IMG/VR virus record: IMGVR_UViG_3300017720_000003
Span: 13,451-77,450 of that record
Strand: one strand, 5' to 3'
DNA length: 64,000 nt
Source of the DNA: a virus
Lineage: Duplodnaviria > Caudoviricetes
Positions 19,959 through 30,328 of this stretch are shown in pieces; within the stretch, counting starts at the first letter, position 1; every line of letters begins with the position of its first letter. The notes under the pieces are model-generated. The model was not told where the DNA came from. It worked only from the letters and a program-made list of their open reading frames with translations, and searched no databases. The translations under genes were made by a program, and so were the position numbers.

Positions 19959-22301
19959 TTAAGAATTAGCAATAACATTAGTAGCAATATAATTAGCTAC
20001 ACCCATTCCACGCTCTTTTGCATCTTTATAATGCATTCTGTTTAGTTTATCAAATATATTTTTTGCAGTTTCACTATCATCAAGACCATTAATATAATTC
20101 ATATAAATAGTATATGGGTTTGTAGTTGAACCACCTTCTTTAAAACCTAGTTTATTTTTCCACCAACCTGGTATATTTTTTACACCTTCAAGAGATACAT
20201 CAAAGGGATTATTAGGTTTTATATATTGTTCATTTAATGCTTCTAGTGCAGCTGGTATTGTTCCTTCAGGAATACTTTCATACATATTAACAACATCTCT
20301 TTTAATCTTATCTATATTGTTTCTTGCCATTTGCTCTCTACCTTTACCAACGTCAACAAATGGATTAAAATTAGCATTAAATAATGATGTTAAGTCTCTA
20401 AATGCCCTATCTCCAATCTTACTAAGATCTCCATCATCCTTAAGTATTTTTAATGCTGTAGGATTCTGAAGTATACTTTCTAATGTATTATTTATGTCAT
20501 CTCTATTTAAACTATCTAAATAATTAGTAAGTACATCAATAGTTCCAGCATTAACATTTTCTCCTAAATTATCTTTAACTAAATTTCTTAATCCTTCTTC
20601 TCTACTAGTTCTATATCCTGTACTGCTTCCCGGTACTATAAAATCATTATATTTTGATAAGATACCATCCATAACTAAATTTGGATCTGTTATACCCGCT
20701 TGAGTATTTTCTGGTGAATTAGGATCCATACCTAATCCCATACATACACCAGTAGCACAATTAGAATCTACAAAATCATAATCATAGATATTATTATCGT
20801 TTATTGATAAAGGTAACTTCCCTACACTTAATCCACTCTTAGTATGTTCTTTTCCTTTGTTTGTTCCTGTAAATAATTGGGCTTCAGTTATATAATTTTT
20901 AATTTCACTTTCTGATAAATTAAGATCTACTGTTCTTACATCTTCTTCTTGCTCATAATCTCTTTGTGTAACTCTTCTATTACCAGGACCCGCCCATCTA
21001 TTTATATAACCTACAAGTTTAGTACCTGAAATTTTATTTACTTGTCTTCCTGTTTTTTTATCAACCAACACGGATTCAATATGACCTGGACTAAATTTTT
21101 TGCTACCATATGGATATTGTATAACTCTTACATTATATTTTGATAAATCTACTCCATCAATTTCTTTCTCTAAATCAGAAGAAGTTTCATCACCATCTTG
21201 AGCTTTAGGTAATGAACCTCCGTATTCAGCATATCTAATATTATTTTCTTGAGATGCATCTATTGTTGCTACCTCATTCATTAATCTTAAAATTTCTTTA
21301 TCTTCATATATATCATCTAAGTTAAATAGACCATAGTCACTTTCTTCTTTAAGTTTTTTTCTTAATTCAGGTAAATCATCTTTAGTATAAATCTTGTTGG
21401 GATCTATATTATTCTTTTTTCTGAATTTCATTAATTCAGCATAAATCTCTACAGGAGGCAGATAATCTTCTGTTTCATATCCACCTTTTACAGGTATATT
21501 TTTTATAGCTTTATGTATGTTAGTTTCTGGAATTTCTTCTTTCATATCTTTTCCAGGTAAACCACTTGTTCCAATATCAAACACATGGCTTAGTTCATGA
21601 ACATCGGTGTCTTCTTCTTTATTAGGTGAGAAGAATCTTGGATCAGAAAAATAAATATTATCAGAAGGAACATACATTCCATTAGGAGCATTAAATTGCC
21701 AATTGCTAGCATCTTCATTGCCTGCCTTAACCATTTCTTCTCTAGAAACTTTCTTAACATCATCAAGGTTTTTAAAACCTTTTTCCATTTGTCCATTACC
21801 TAATTGATCTTCAAATTGACCAGTAGCATTACGTGTTTCTATCCAATTTTTAATCCATTCTTTATTTCCATATTGAGCTTTGGGTAATGTTTTAATTTTA
21901 CCGTTCTTAGTTCTAGCATATCTATTCTTTTCATTTTCCATGCTAGGAATAAGTGTACCTGAATATGATTTACCTTTCCAATTCCAACTTACTGAGCCAC
22001 CGGATTTTGCTATAGGTATTTCAAGTACTTTATCTCCTGGAAAACTATAATTTATACCAGGTGTCATTATTTCTTTATTACCTAAATTATCTATACCAAG
22101 TAAAGGTCCTTTTTTTAATGGGCTACCATCATTTTCAATCATACTAATATTACCTGACTCAATAAGATTAACTGAATTGTTTTTATCAGGGCTATCATAT
22201 CTATATCCCTCTACAGAAACAACCCCTGTAACATATGTTATTTCTTGATTGGGTCCTCCAGGTAATCCACGGCTTGTTATGTAATTAAAATCTTTAGTCA
22301 T
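19959..22301 (-). CDS. Modular protein with zincin metallopeptidase and permuted papain-like peptidase domains (780 aa)
   Basis: HELSH (21585-21599) plus downstream EIYAELM (gluzincin-like). PGHIES...YDFVDSNCATGV gives the His-before-Cys order of permuted NlpC/P60 (PPPDE/LRAT-type) enzymes. Confidence 0.7.
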   Translation of the reverse strand: MTKDFNYITSRGLPGGPNQEITYVTGVVSVEGYRYDSPDKNNSVNLIESGNISMIENDGSPLKKGPLLGIDNLGNKEIMTPGINYSFPGDKVLEIPIAKSGGSVSWNWKGKSYSGTLIPSMENEKNRYARTKNGKIKTLPKAQYGNKEWIKNWIETRNATGQFEDQLGNGQMEKGFKNLDDVKKVSREEMVKAGNEDASNWQFNAPNGMYVPSDNIYFSDPRFFSPNKEEDTDVHELSHVFDIGTSGLPGKDMKEEIPETNIHKAIKNIPVKGGYETEDYLPPVEIYAELMKFRKKNNIDPNKIYTKDDLPELRKKLKEESDYGLFNLDDIYEDKEILRLMNEVATIDASQENNIRYAEYGGSLPKAQDGDETSSDLEKEIDGVDLSKYNVRVIQYPYGSKKFSPGHIESVLVDKKTGRQVNKISGTKLVGYINRWAGPGNRRVTQRDYEQEEDVRTVDLNLSESEIKNYITEAQLFTGTNKGKEHTKSGLSVGKLPLSINDNNIYDYDFVDSNCATGVCMGLGMDPNSPENTQAGITDPNLVMDGILSKYNDFIVPGSSTGYRTSREEGLRNLVKDNLGENVNAGTIDVLTNYLDSLNRDDINNTLESILQNPTALKILKDDGDLSKIGDRAFRDLTSLFNANFNPFVDVGKGREQMARNNIDKIKRDVVNMYESIPEGTIPAALEALNEQYIKPNNPFDVSLEGVKNIPGWWKNKLGFKEGGSTTNPYTIYMNYINGLDDSETAKNIFDKLNRMHYKDAKERGMGVANYIATNVIANS

Positions 22302-25300
22302 TATCTCATTGATAATTGTAGTTTAGTATTATTAAGTCTTAATAGCATTTTTCTGTTTGATGATACATTTTTTCTAAGTATAACGTGATTAGAGTAATGT
22401 CTAAACTTCTTACGTTGTGTAGGAGGTTTTTGATAATTTAAATTAATAGGATTTAAAGGTCTTATATAACCATTACAATCTGTATTAAAAATAGATTGTT
22501 CTGCATTAGTAAACTCACCTCTATCATTTGTAATATCCCAAAACTGATTAAACCTAAATTTATGTTCTACTTTTGAAACTTCTATATCAATAGTATTGGA
22601 ACCTATAGCAGGGTATTGTAAATTACCCCAAGGGTTATTAAACTCAGCAATATTTAAACTTAATAATCCTGATGTTTGATCATTATTATATACAATGGCT
22701 GCATCAAAATTAAAGTCTAAATCTTCCCATTTGTCTCCACCACACATATTATATTGAGGATCTCCTTTATATACATAGGTTTCTAATTGATATTCAAAAC
22801 TTCTTACTGTATTAACTGCTTGACCTGTATTAGATATTAAATCTATTTCCCAAGGATAATTAGTCTCATAAAAATTAGCAAATGAATCACATCTAAAATT
22901 ATGTCTCCAAAATCCTCCTACTTCAAAATTTGCTGGAGTAGATTCATAACTAAAATAATTACATAATCTGGGATCTGCTTGCGGAGCATTAGCATCAACC
23001 ATTTGATAAATTAGTGGTGCAGTATCTGGACAAGTTCCTGTCTCAGTAACAACAGAACCTGGTACTGTACTTGTAGGACATTGACAACTAACTTTTCTAC
23101 AAATCGGTGGTGTAATATCATCACATACACCTGTACTTTCAGTATAAGCAGTTGTTGTAGGATTTTGAAATACTTTAGTATAACCTGCTGGACAATCACA
23201 AACAAATGGTGTACCACATATATTTGCCGTTAATTCATTTGCAACAACATCCCAATTAGTAATAGGATAACTTGCATCAATAGTTGATTGAATTCCATAC
23301 ATATATGCATTTGTAGTTACCCCCACTGTCCCTGATGTAATTGTTATATCATTAAGAAGTTCATTAGTTTGACAAGCAATTTGATTCATTACAGGACTAT
23401 CTGGATCATTATTGGGGTATGGTGAATTTATACCACAGAATAATGCATACATATACTCGTTACTTTGTCCTGTACCTTGTGCAGATGCATTTGGTGATTG
23501 TAAATTACATTGATTTCCTGGTGTACCTCCTGTATCTGTTACTGTAACAACTACCCTTCTATATGTTGCATCACTAGATCTTGCTGGATATTGAGCTGAA
23601 TAAGATGAATTTACAGTGTCTGAAGCTAAAGTTAGGCCTGCTTGCATTCCTTCAGGAATATCTGTACCACCACCCGTCCAATTATTTAAGAAAAAACTTT
23701 CAACATTATCTACTCCATTTTGACCTATTAAATTTGTACTACCCATACTGTGAGGTGAAATATAACCTGCTGGATTAGTAGTACCTGGACCTGAGTTATC
23801 CCAATTTCGTACTCTAAACTGAGCGCCTCCTCCATCATCAGACCATACTGCAAATCCCATTTGCATGGTTCCAGTACTTATTGCATTTTGTATATCTGCA
23901 TTACCAACAAAAGACTTTATCCATTCTAACTGTGCATAAGCTCTATCATTACTATCTGTTGGATCTCCTGTGCTTCCTGATACATCAACTGTAATTACTA
24001 TATCAATTAAACATGCTGCAGCACCACCTGTTGTATCTGATCCTATATTTTCTACTGTAACTGTAGATGGTATTGTTTCATTAATACCTCTTTCACATAA
24101 ACCATTTGTAGGATTATAATTAAATCCTGGTGGACATTGTGGATCTGTTACTGTAGTTTTGTTAGTAGTGAAAAAGTGATTAATACTAGGTAAAGCTAAT
24201 TGTGGATGCCAATCATGAAAAGATATCCATGCTTTTACTTTTGGATCATAACTTATAGTCCATGAGCAATCATCAAAATATAATGGATCACCTATATCAA
24301 CTGGAATAGATATACCTAAACTTGTTACAATTTCTACTGGTTTAGTATCTCTATCTGTGAATGTTGCACCTGCTATAAACTCCGGCTTAAGTTGATAGTC
24401 TTTCTTCATAAAATATACAACATCATCAACAGAATCATACATTGCTTGACAACCTACACCATGTACAGGATTATCTGTCCAAACAGAAGTTTCTGAATTT
24501 GCAAATTGTTTTATAAATCTAGATGGTAAATATTTTGCAAACCACCATTTCATTCCCGCATTTGATATTGGCACTAGCCCTTTACCTCCATATTGAAATA
24601 TTTTACCTTGTTGCTGTGATATAAAAAATAATCCTATAGGTGAATTTATTACACCTCTTATACTTTCACATGATCCATATTCATTTGATATATCAGCATT
24701 AGCAACATTTTGGAATGGTTGACTAAATAATTTACCATCTCCAATAGTTACATTATTATTTGAACCTAATTTTAGTGTATCTACTCCATTAAATAATTGA
24801 GGAGATAAATGTGGGAAAAATATTAATGCTCCATTCTTACTAATAGGTTTAATAACACTTACATCATTTTTAAAATCTTTGTAATTAAAGTTTAAGAAAA
24901 CTCTCCAGAAATCTTTTCTTTCTTCATCTTGTGCTTGTAATGAATATATTAATCTTTTTGGATATGAAGTAAAACATGTTTCAGAAACTAATGGATCATA
25001 ATATAATGGTTGAACTTCACCAAATGAGCCTAACTGTGTTGGAAATTTACCTGGACTTAATGACTCATCATATTTAAAGAAATTATCTTTCTTTTCTATT
25101 TGAGCATGAAACAATTCATCTATATCATTATAATCATATGTGCTATAAAATCTTTTTGAAGGCTCATCTTCATAATCTCTTTGTGATAAATTTATTTCTG
25201 ACTCAACAAAAAAATCAGTAATTCCGTTAACATGCGTATACATATATGCAAATTCCATTGCAAATGCAGGATTTGGATCACTAGCACTACCAAATATTTG

Positions 25301-28300
25301 AGATATAGAAGAACCGCATGAATCATTCCCTCTATCTAAATAATATAAATCACCTGGATATTTATTATCAACTGCATTTTCTGATGCAAATCCAAAAGTA
25401 ACTATTTCTCCAGCTAAAACGCTCATGTCAAACCTTTGAGAATTAAGCCAAAATCTTGGGTATGGTATATTAACATATAATGAATAATCATATGTATACC
25501 CATCTGGTTGACCCATTAAGTAATCTGTAAATATTGGCATAATACATTTTTCTGTATATCTACCTATAAATGTATCTCCTGAAAAAATAGGTTTACTTTT
25601 ATATAAAAACTGATCAGGTTTAGTAGGATCTAATAACTCCACACAACCTCTCATTTGTACTTGCTTTATACCTGCAAGTTGACCATATTGATTATCAAAA
25701 TTAAACTTAAGTGCACCGTAATGAGCTGATATAGTAGTTTTTCTATTTGCCCTTGGATCTAATAAATAACTATCAGAAAACTGATTTACTGATGTGGTTG
25801 AATACTCGCCTTGAGGATTCAAATATAAATTCATATCTCCACCTATTGCGTATCTTGATGTATCTTCTACAATAGGATCCTTTATTGGTTTATCTAAACT
25901 AACAGCAACTGTTGTAGGTCTAAATAAATTATTTATTTTAAATTGACCCTCATCAAATGTTTGAAATGATTGACCTATATAATTTGATGCATTATTTTTA
26001 ATTCTCCACAATCCATTTGTTTGATTATTAAAATCTGTAAATTGTCCATATGAATTAAACTTCCAAGTAAAAGATGAATAATTAACAAAATTATACATTA
26101 AGTCAATTATTTCATTCCCACCTATTGCTATATTAGTTTGTGATGTTATTAACCCAGTTATAGCTTTAGCAAATACAGGTAAATTAGAAAGGCTAGTATC
26201 AGCAGCATTTGATGTTTCTAGTTGTGCGCCTACAACACCCGGAATTGCTGCTGTATTAGTACCTGCTAATAATAAAGCTTTTTCTAAACCATATTTAACT
26301 GCACCACCTGTATATATATCATCAAAAACAAATGCTGTATCATAAAGTACATCTAGAGCAATAGCAGCTAATGTTGTTCCATTAGTAAAACCCTGCCCTA
26401 AACCTATATATCCAGGCAAAAGTGCCGGTGTTGTTGTAACTCCACTTGAAACACCAACAAGGGCACCAACAGCACCAGCACTATCATATTGTGCATATGG
26501 AGGTTTTTCATTTTTAGTTTTAGTTCCTCTAACTTGATGTAGTGCATAACCAAGCCCCATTATAGAAGCTATTAATCCTGAACTACCTCTTAATAATTTA
26601 AATTGAGGGTGATCTTCTGAAGGTTTAAAGTAACCAGATGAGTTACCACTTAACTGCCCGTAAAGTTTAGTTTCAGATGCATTTAAAAACGGCTGAGTAA
26701 ACATTAAGTCTGGTGAATGAAATGTAAATACTTTTCTTGAAAATCCGCTTGGCTCACCGTTAACATCAGGCCTATCACCTAATGCACGGTATGTTGTAAG
26801 GGATTGTTCAAAATTATCACAGCCATCTGTTCTTTTTAATGATCCACCATTTAACCCATCATGAAAATATACATCTGGTCTTAAATCATTGTAAGGGTAG
26901 TTAGGATATAATCCTTGTACATTTCCACCTATTAAATTTTCAGAATTAGGTACAGTATATTTTCTCATATTTTTAAATATACCTTTACCTAATATTGATT
27001 TAGCACCTAATCTTGAACCTCTTAATATTTCGTATCCTACAACATTTTCAATATAAGTTCCATCATTATATTTTGGACGGCCAATGTTTTCAAATTCAAC
27101 ACCAAGTATGTTAATTTCATCACCTAATGTACTTGTTAAATGTAATGGAGAAGATGCACCTCCAATAGATTCATCTGGCATTTTATGATGTCTAATTGGC
27201 TTACCACATAAATCTCCCCAAATATCAGGTTTGTTACTAGGATATAATTCTGTAGATTCCCAGTATCCCATTTCTCCTCTTGCAATAACTCTAGTGCCAT
27301 CTTCTAAAAATTCTGCAATATTTTGTTGTGTTATACCTGCTGTATTATAAACTTTATATAGTGGATCACCATCAATATCTAATACATTATCTCCAAAAAT
27401 AACATCGTTCTCTAAATATGTATTACCATTATCTGTAGTATAGTTACGTGGAGCTCTACCAGGTATATGATAAGATGAAGATCTTTCACCAGTATTATAT
27501 ATCCATCTTATAAAAAAAGCGTATTGTTCATCTCTCAAAAAATTAAATCTATTCCCACCTTTTGAGTAATAGTTTGAAGGTACTGAATTGATAACCCAGT
27601 TAACTTTTATTTCATTTGCTATAGGTTGATAGTTAAAATCAAATTGTTCAGTTGGTCCTTGTCTGAGTAACCAATCATTTACTACAAACATTGACTCTGA
27701 TTTTTCATAAGCAGGACTACGCAATGGTATATTCTCTAAATTTATAGATACTAATGCCGGGTCAATAAAATCAATATTTATATCTTTTTGTTGTGTACTA
27801 TAAAAACCTATTCTTTTTGCTGATGTTTGACCTTGATTTCTTCTTAATAATACTAATTCAAAATATTCATAATCTTCATCTAAATTAGATAATGAAATAT
27901 TTAATGAACTATTACCACCATCATGACTCCATAATGTTTGTATATTTGATACACCAATATAATCAGTTACAGGTTGTTCATTTTCTGTATACGCAACAAA
28001 CACTTGATATGCTCCATTAGGAAGCAATCCTCCATCAATAGATTTATCTAATTTAATACAAGGCGTATCTAACAAAGGTGCTAGCCTAATTTGTTCACAG
28101 TCTAATTTTTTTGGTTCTATATCTTCATATCTAACACATGAATCACCATCAATGTCTGGTCCAGATACTTGGATTTGTTTATATGGTATATTGTCTATAT
28201 TTAATGCTCTTGATGGGTTATTACCATCATCCCAATATACTTCCCACGTACAGTCAAAATTTTCTTTGGCAGCCCCCGTTATTAAATATTTCCTATTAAA

Positions 28301-28684
28301 GTTTAAACACGGATCATTTACTAATGTAGTATATTTACATTCACTATCATCAAATGTGCCTATTTCACTATTTGTATCATCTGTAGAGTATACAATCCAT
28401 TCATCACCATATCTATGTATTGCACCAATAATTGTATAAGGTATAACACCACATAGTAAATTTGATGGTTCATTACCTATCACACCTAAGTCACCATCTT
28501 CTGAATTGTTTACAACATTACGTGCATGCCACCATGATTGGTTATTTTCCAATGATGGTGTAATATCCTTATTCATCCCTTTAATAAAGGAATTTGTTTG
28601 TATAGATGAACTGTTTTGTGATCTAGGTTGTCTACTAGATCTGCTACGGTTACTATTAGAAGAAGATGTTCTCTTTTTTGCCAT
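22301..28684 (-). CDS. Tail stabilization / muzzle protein with VWA and Cys-rich insertion (2127 aa)
   Basis: N-terminal NSFIKGMNKD...WHARN and C-terminal WTISYDP...WISFHDWHP...FWRHN motifs, plus position after the tail ring genes, match the crAss P22-gp10-like stabilization protein. DIVITVDVSGST is a MIDAS motif. Confidence 0.8.
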   Translation of the reverse strand: MAKKRTSSSNSNRSRSSRQPRSQNSSSIQTNSFIKGMNKDITPSLENNQSWWHARNVVNNSEDGDLGVIGNEPSNLLCGVIPYTIIGAIHRYGDEWIVYSTDDTNSEIGTFDDSECKYTTLVNDPCLNFNRKYLITGAAKENFDCTWEVYWDDGNNPSRALNIDNIPYKQIQVSGPDIDGDSCVRYEDIEPKKLDCEQIRLAPLLDTPCIKLDKSIDGGLLPNGAYQVFVAYTENEQPVTDYIGVSNIQTLWSHDGGNSSLNISLSNLDEDYEYFELVLLRRNQGQTSAKRIGFYSTQQKDINIDFIDPALVSINLENIPLRSPAYEKSESMFVVNDWLLRQGPTEQFDFNYQPIANEIKVNWVINSVPSNYYSKGGNRFNFLRDEQYAFFIRWIYNTGERSSSYHIPGRAPRNYTTDNGNTYLENDVIFGDNVLDIDGDPLYKVYNTAGITQQNIAEFLEDGTRVIARGEMGYWESTELYPSNKPDIWGDLCGKPIRHHKMPDESIGGASSPLHLTSTLGDEINILGVEFENIGRPKYNDGTYIENVVGYEILRGSRLGAKSILGKGIFKNMRKYTVPNSENLIGGNVQGLYPNYPYNDLRPDVYFHDGLNGGSLKRTDGCDNFEQSLTTYRALGDRPDVNGEPSGFSRKVFTFHSPDLMFTQPFLNASETKLYGQLSGNSSGYFKPSEDHPQFKLLRGSSGLIASIMGLGYALHQVRGTKTKNEKPPYAQYDSAGAVGALVGVSSGVTTTPALLPGYIGLGQGFTNGTTLAAIALDVLYDTAFVFDDIYTGGAVKYGLEKALLLAGTNTAAIPGVVGAQLETSNAADTSLSNLPVFAKAITGLITSQTNIAIGGNEIIDLMYNFVNYSSFTWKFNSYGQFTDFNNQTNGLWRIKNNASNYIGQSFQTFDEGQFKINNLFRPTTVAVSLDKPIKDPIVEDTSRYAIGGDMNLYLNPQGEYSTTSVNQFSDSYLLDPRANRKTTISAHYGALKFNFDNQYGQLAGIKQVQMRGCVELLDPTKPDQFLYKSKPIFSGDTFIGRYTEKCIMPIFTDYLMGQPDGYTYDYSLYVNIPYPRFWLNSQRFDMSVLAGEIVTFGFASENAVDNKYPGDLYYLDRGNDSCGSSISQIFGSASDPNPAFAMEFAYMYTHVNGITDFFVESEINLSQRDYEDEPSKRFYSTYDYNDIDELFHAQIEKKDNFFKYDESLSPGKFPTQLGSFGEVQPLYYDPLVSETCFTSYPKRLIYSLQAQDEERKDFWRVFLNFNYKDFKNDVSVIKPISKNGALIFFPHLSPQLFNGVDTLKLGSNNNVTIGDGKLFSQPFQNVANADISNEYGSCESIRGVINSPIGLFFISQQQGKIFQYGGKGLVPISNAGMKWWFAKYLPSRFIKQFANSETSVWTDNPVHGVGCQAMYDSVDDVVYFMKKDYQLKPEFIAGATFTDRDTKPVEIVTSLGISIPVDIGDPLYFDDCSWTISYDPKVKAWISFHDWHPQLALPSINHFFTTNKTTVTDPQCPPGFNYNPTNGLCERGINETIPSTVTVENIGSDTTGGAAACLIDIVITVDVSGSTGDPTDSNDRAYAQLEWIKSFVGNADIQNAISTGTMQMGFAVWSDDGGGAQFRVRNWDNSGPGTTNPAGYISPHSMGSTNLIGQNGVDNVESFFLNNWTGGGTDIPEGMQAGLTLASDTVNSSYSAQYPARSSDATYRRVVVTVTDTGGTPGNQCNLQSPNASAQGTGQSNEYMYALFCGINSPYPNNDPDSPVMNQIACQTNELLNDITITSGTVGVTTNAYMYGIQSTIDASYPITNWDVVANELTANICGTPFVCDCPAGYTKVFQNPTTTAYTESTGVCDDITPPICRKVSCQCPTSTVPGSVVTETGTCPDTAPLIYQMVDANAPQADPRLCNYFSYESTPANFEVGGFWRHNFRCDSFANFYETNYPWEIDLISNTGQAVNTVRSFEYQLETYVYKGDPQYNMCGGDKWEDLDFNFDAAIVYNNDQTSGLLSLNIAEFNNPWGNLQYPAIGSNTIDIEVSKVEHKFRFNQFWDITNDRGEFTNAEQSIFNTDCNGYIRPLNPINLNYQKPPTQRKKFRHYSNHVILRKNVSSNRKMLLRLNNTKLQLSMR

Positions 28685-28698
28685 AATAGATTACGTAT

Positions 28699-29652
28699 TT
28701 AACAGGTTGGACATGAAGCTGAGTCTGATGAGCTAGCAACTGCGTTTGGGGCTGATACTATTTTTGGTTGTATAGGTGCATAACTTAAAAACATATTATA
28801 ATAATTATGATATTGTGCTCTTCTATTCATAGTCCACACTTTTCTCATTTCTTTGAAATCTGGAGTATTAACAAATGTAAGTGCATTATTTCTTGCTCCT
28901 CTTAATCTACCCTCAATTAAATTTAATTGCTGAGAAACGTTTTCTCCTTGCCAAACCATATTTTCTAATATTCTTTGTTTAACAGCATACTCATAATATT
29001 CATTACAATATGGATGATCTAAAACTAATAAATCACCTGCATTATCTTCCATTGCTCCTTGATAACTTAAATATACTTTTCCTGTTTTAAATGTTGTAAT
29101 TAAATATCCATCTCTTACTTCTGCAATATCTAATGCTTGAGCACCTAAACTAGGACAATAACATACTGAATCATTTACATCTTGTATTCGCAATTGTGTC
29201 CAATGATCAAAGCATCTATATTGATCAGGACCTATTCTTTGAACTAACTGATAGCTTTTCTTATCATCACATGTTTTAATAACACATACATCTTTGCATG
29301 TATCATCTTTACTACAAGGAGACATTTCTCCTGGAGCAGGTACATATGGAACATCATTAAAGGTTTCTACATGAGTTCCTGAAGGCATAGATGCATTAAC
29401 TTTATAACTACCACACCTAAATGCATAATTAATATATTTAAAATCTACAGGCAATTGACCACGTCCATGTTCAATATCTACTATAACTTGTTTTGTTCTA
29501 TGTATTTTTAAACCCAAATCATAATTAACTCTTTGTGCAACTTTAATTAATTGTTGAGGTTCAATCATACCTTCAAGTGCATATGTTGAAAAGTCAATAG
29601 ATACATCATCCATTAACTGACTAAATGTTCTATATTTTTGTGATACTCCCAT
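28699..29652 (-). CDS. Tail ring/tubular protein (317 aa)
   Basis: Position upstream of the stabilization protein. GYLITTFKTGKVYLSYQG...D...L motif resembles crAss tail tubular (P22 gp4-like) proteins. Confidence 0.65.
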   Translation of the reverse strand: MGVSQKYRTFSQLMDDVSIDFSTYALEGMIEPQQLIKVAQRVNYDLGLKIHRTKQVIVDIEHGRGQLPVDFKYINYAFRCGSYKVNASMPSGTHVETFNDVPYVPAPGEMSPCSKDDTCKDVCVIKTCDDKKSYQLVQRIGPDQYRCFDHWTQLRIQDVNDSVCYCPSLGAQALDIAEVRDGYLITTFKTGKVYLSYQGAMEDNAGDLLVLDHPYCNEYYEYAVKQRILENMVWQGENVSQQLNLIEGRLRGARNNALTFVNTPDFKEMRKVWTMNRRAQYHNYYNMFLSYAPIQPKIVSAPNAVASSSDSASCPTC

Positions 29653-30323
29653 TATTGTCTATTTATGTTACGTTTGTTATCAGAATCTTCTGATGGTATT
29701 TGCATTGTATTAGACATTGTTGCAACAACTTGACTTTCTATTTCTGCAAATAATGCTTCTGGAATAAATATTTGTTGTTCATATCTAGGTGTACAATCAT
29801 TTTCTGTATCACAATCCCATTTTGTTATATCTGAATCAAATACGCCTTCTACTTTAATAGCATCCCATTCTATATTTGGACAATATATATAACCATCCAA
29901 CCACCAAAAATATAATGTTTTATTATATTTGAAAGTAGTTGTTTTAGTCATTGATGTAAATGTTCCAGGTTGTGTAGCTTGTAATTCTTGAGATCCATCA
30001 ATTGAGCTTATAGTACGTATAAGAGGACCCCAATAACCTTCAAACATTGATGGTAGTTTAGATTTTGTACGTTTAATTGTACAACCACTTTGAATACCTG
30101 CACAGTGTGCTTCTACTTTATCTACCTCAATTAATTCTACATAAGGTAATGTTTTCCATACTGAATTAAATTTTATAAGTTTATTTGCATAGTCTTGTCT
30201 CCTCATTAAAAACTGAGCATACTTTTCTATTAAACTATATATATATCTATCAGTAACAAAAGCATCTTGAACTTCAGCTTTGACTTGACCTCTAATTCTA
30301 GATATTGTTTCTGCTATTGTCAT
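29652..30323 (-). CDS. Tail ring protein (223 aa)
   Basis: MTIAETISRIR...TDRYIY N-terminus and position between the IHF-like gene and the tubular protein, as in crAss-like phages. Confidence 0.6.
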   Translation of the reverse strand: MTIAETISRIRGQVKAEVQDAFVTDRYIYSLIEKYAQFLMRRQDYANKLIKFNSVWKTLPYVELIEVDKVEAHCAGIQSGCTIKRTKSKLPSMFEGYWGPLIRTISSIDGSQELQATQPGTFTSMTKTTTFKYNKTLYFWWLDGYIYCPNIEWDAIKVEGVFDSDITKWDCDTENDCTPRYEQQIFIPEALFAEIESQVVATMSNTMQIPSEDSDNKRNINRQ

Positions 30324-30328
30324 TTTTT

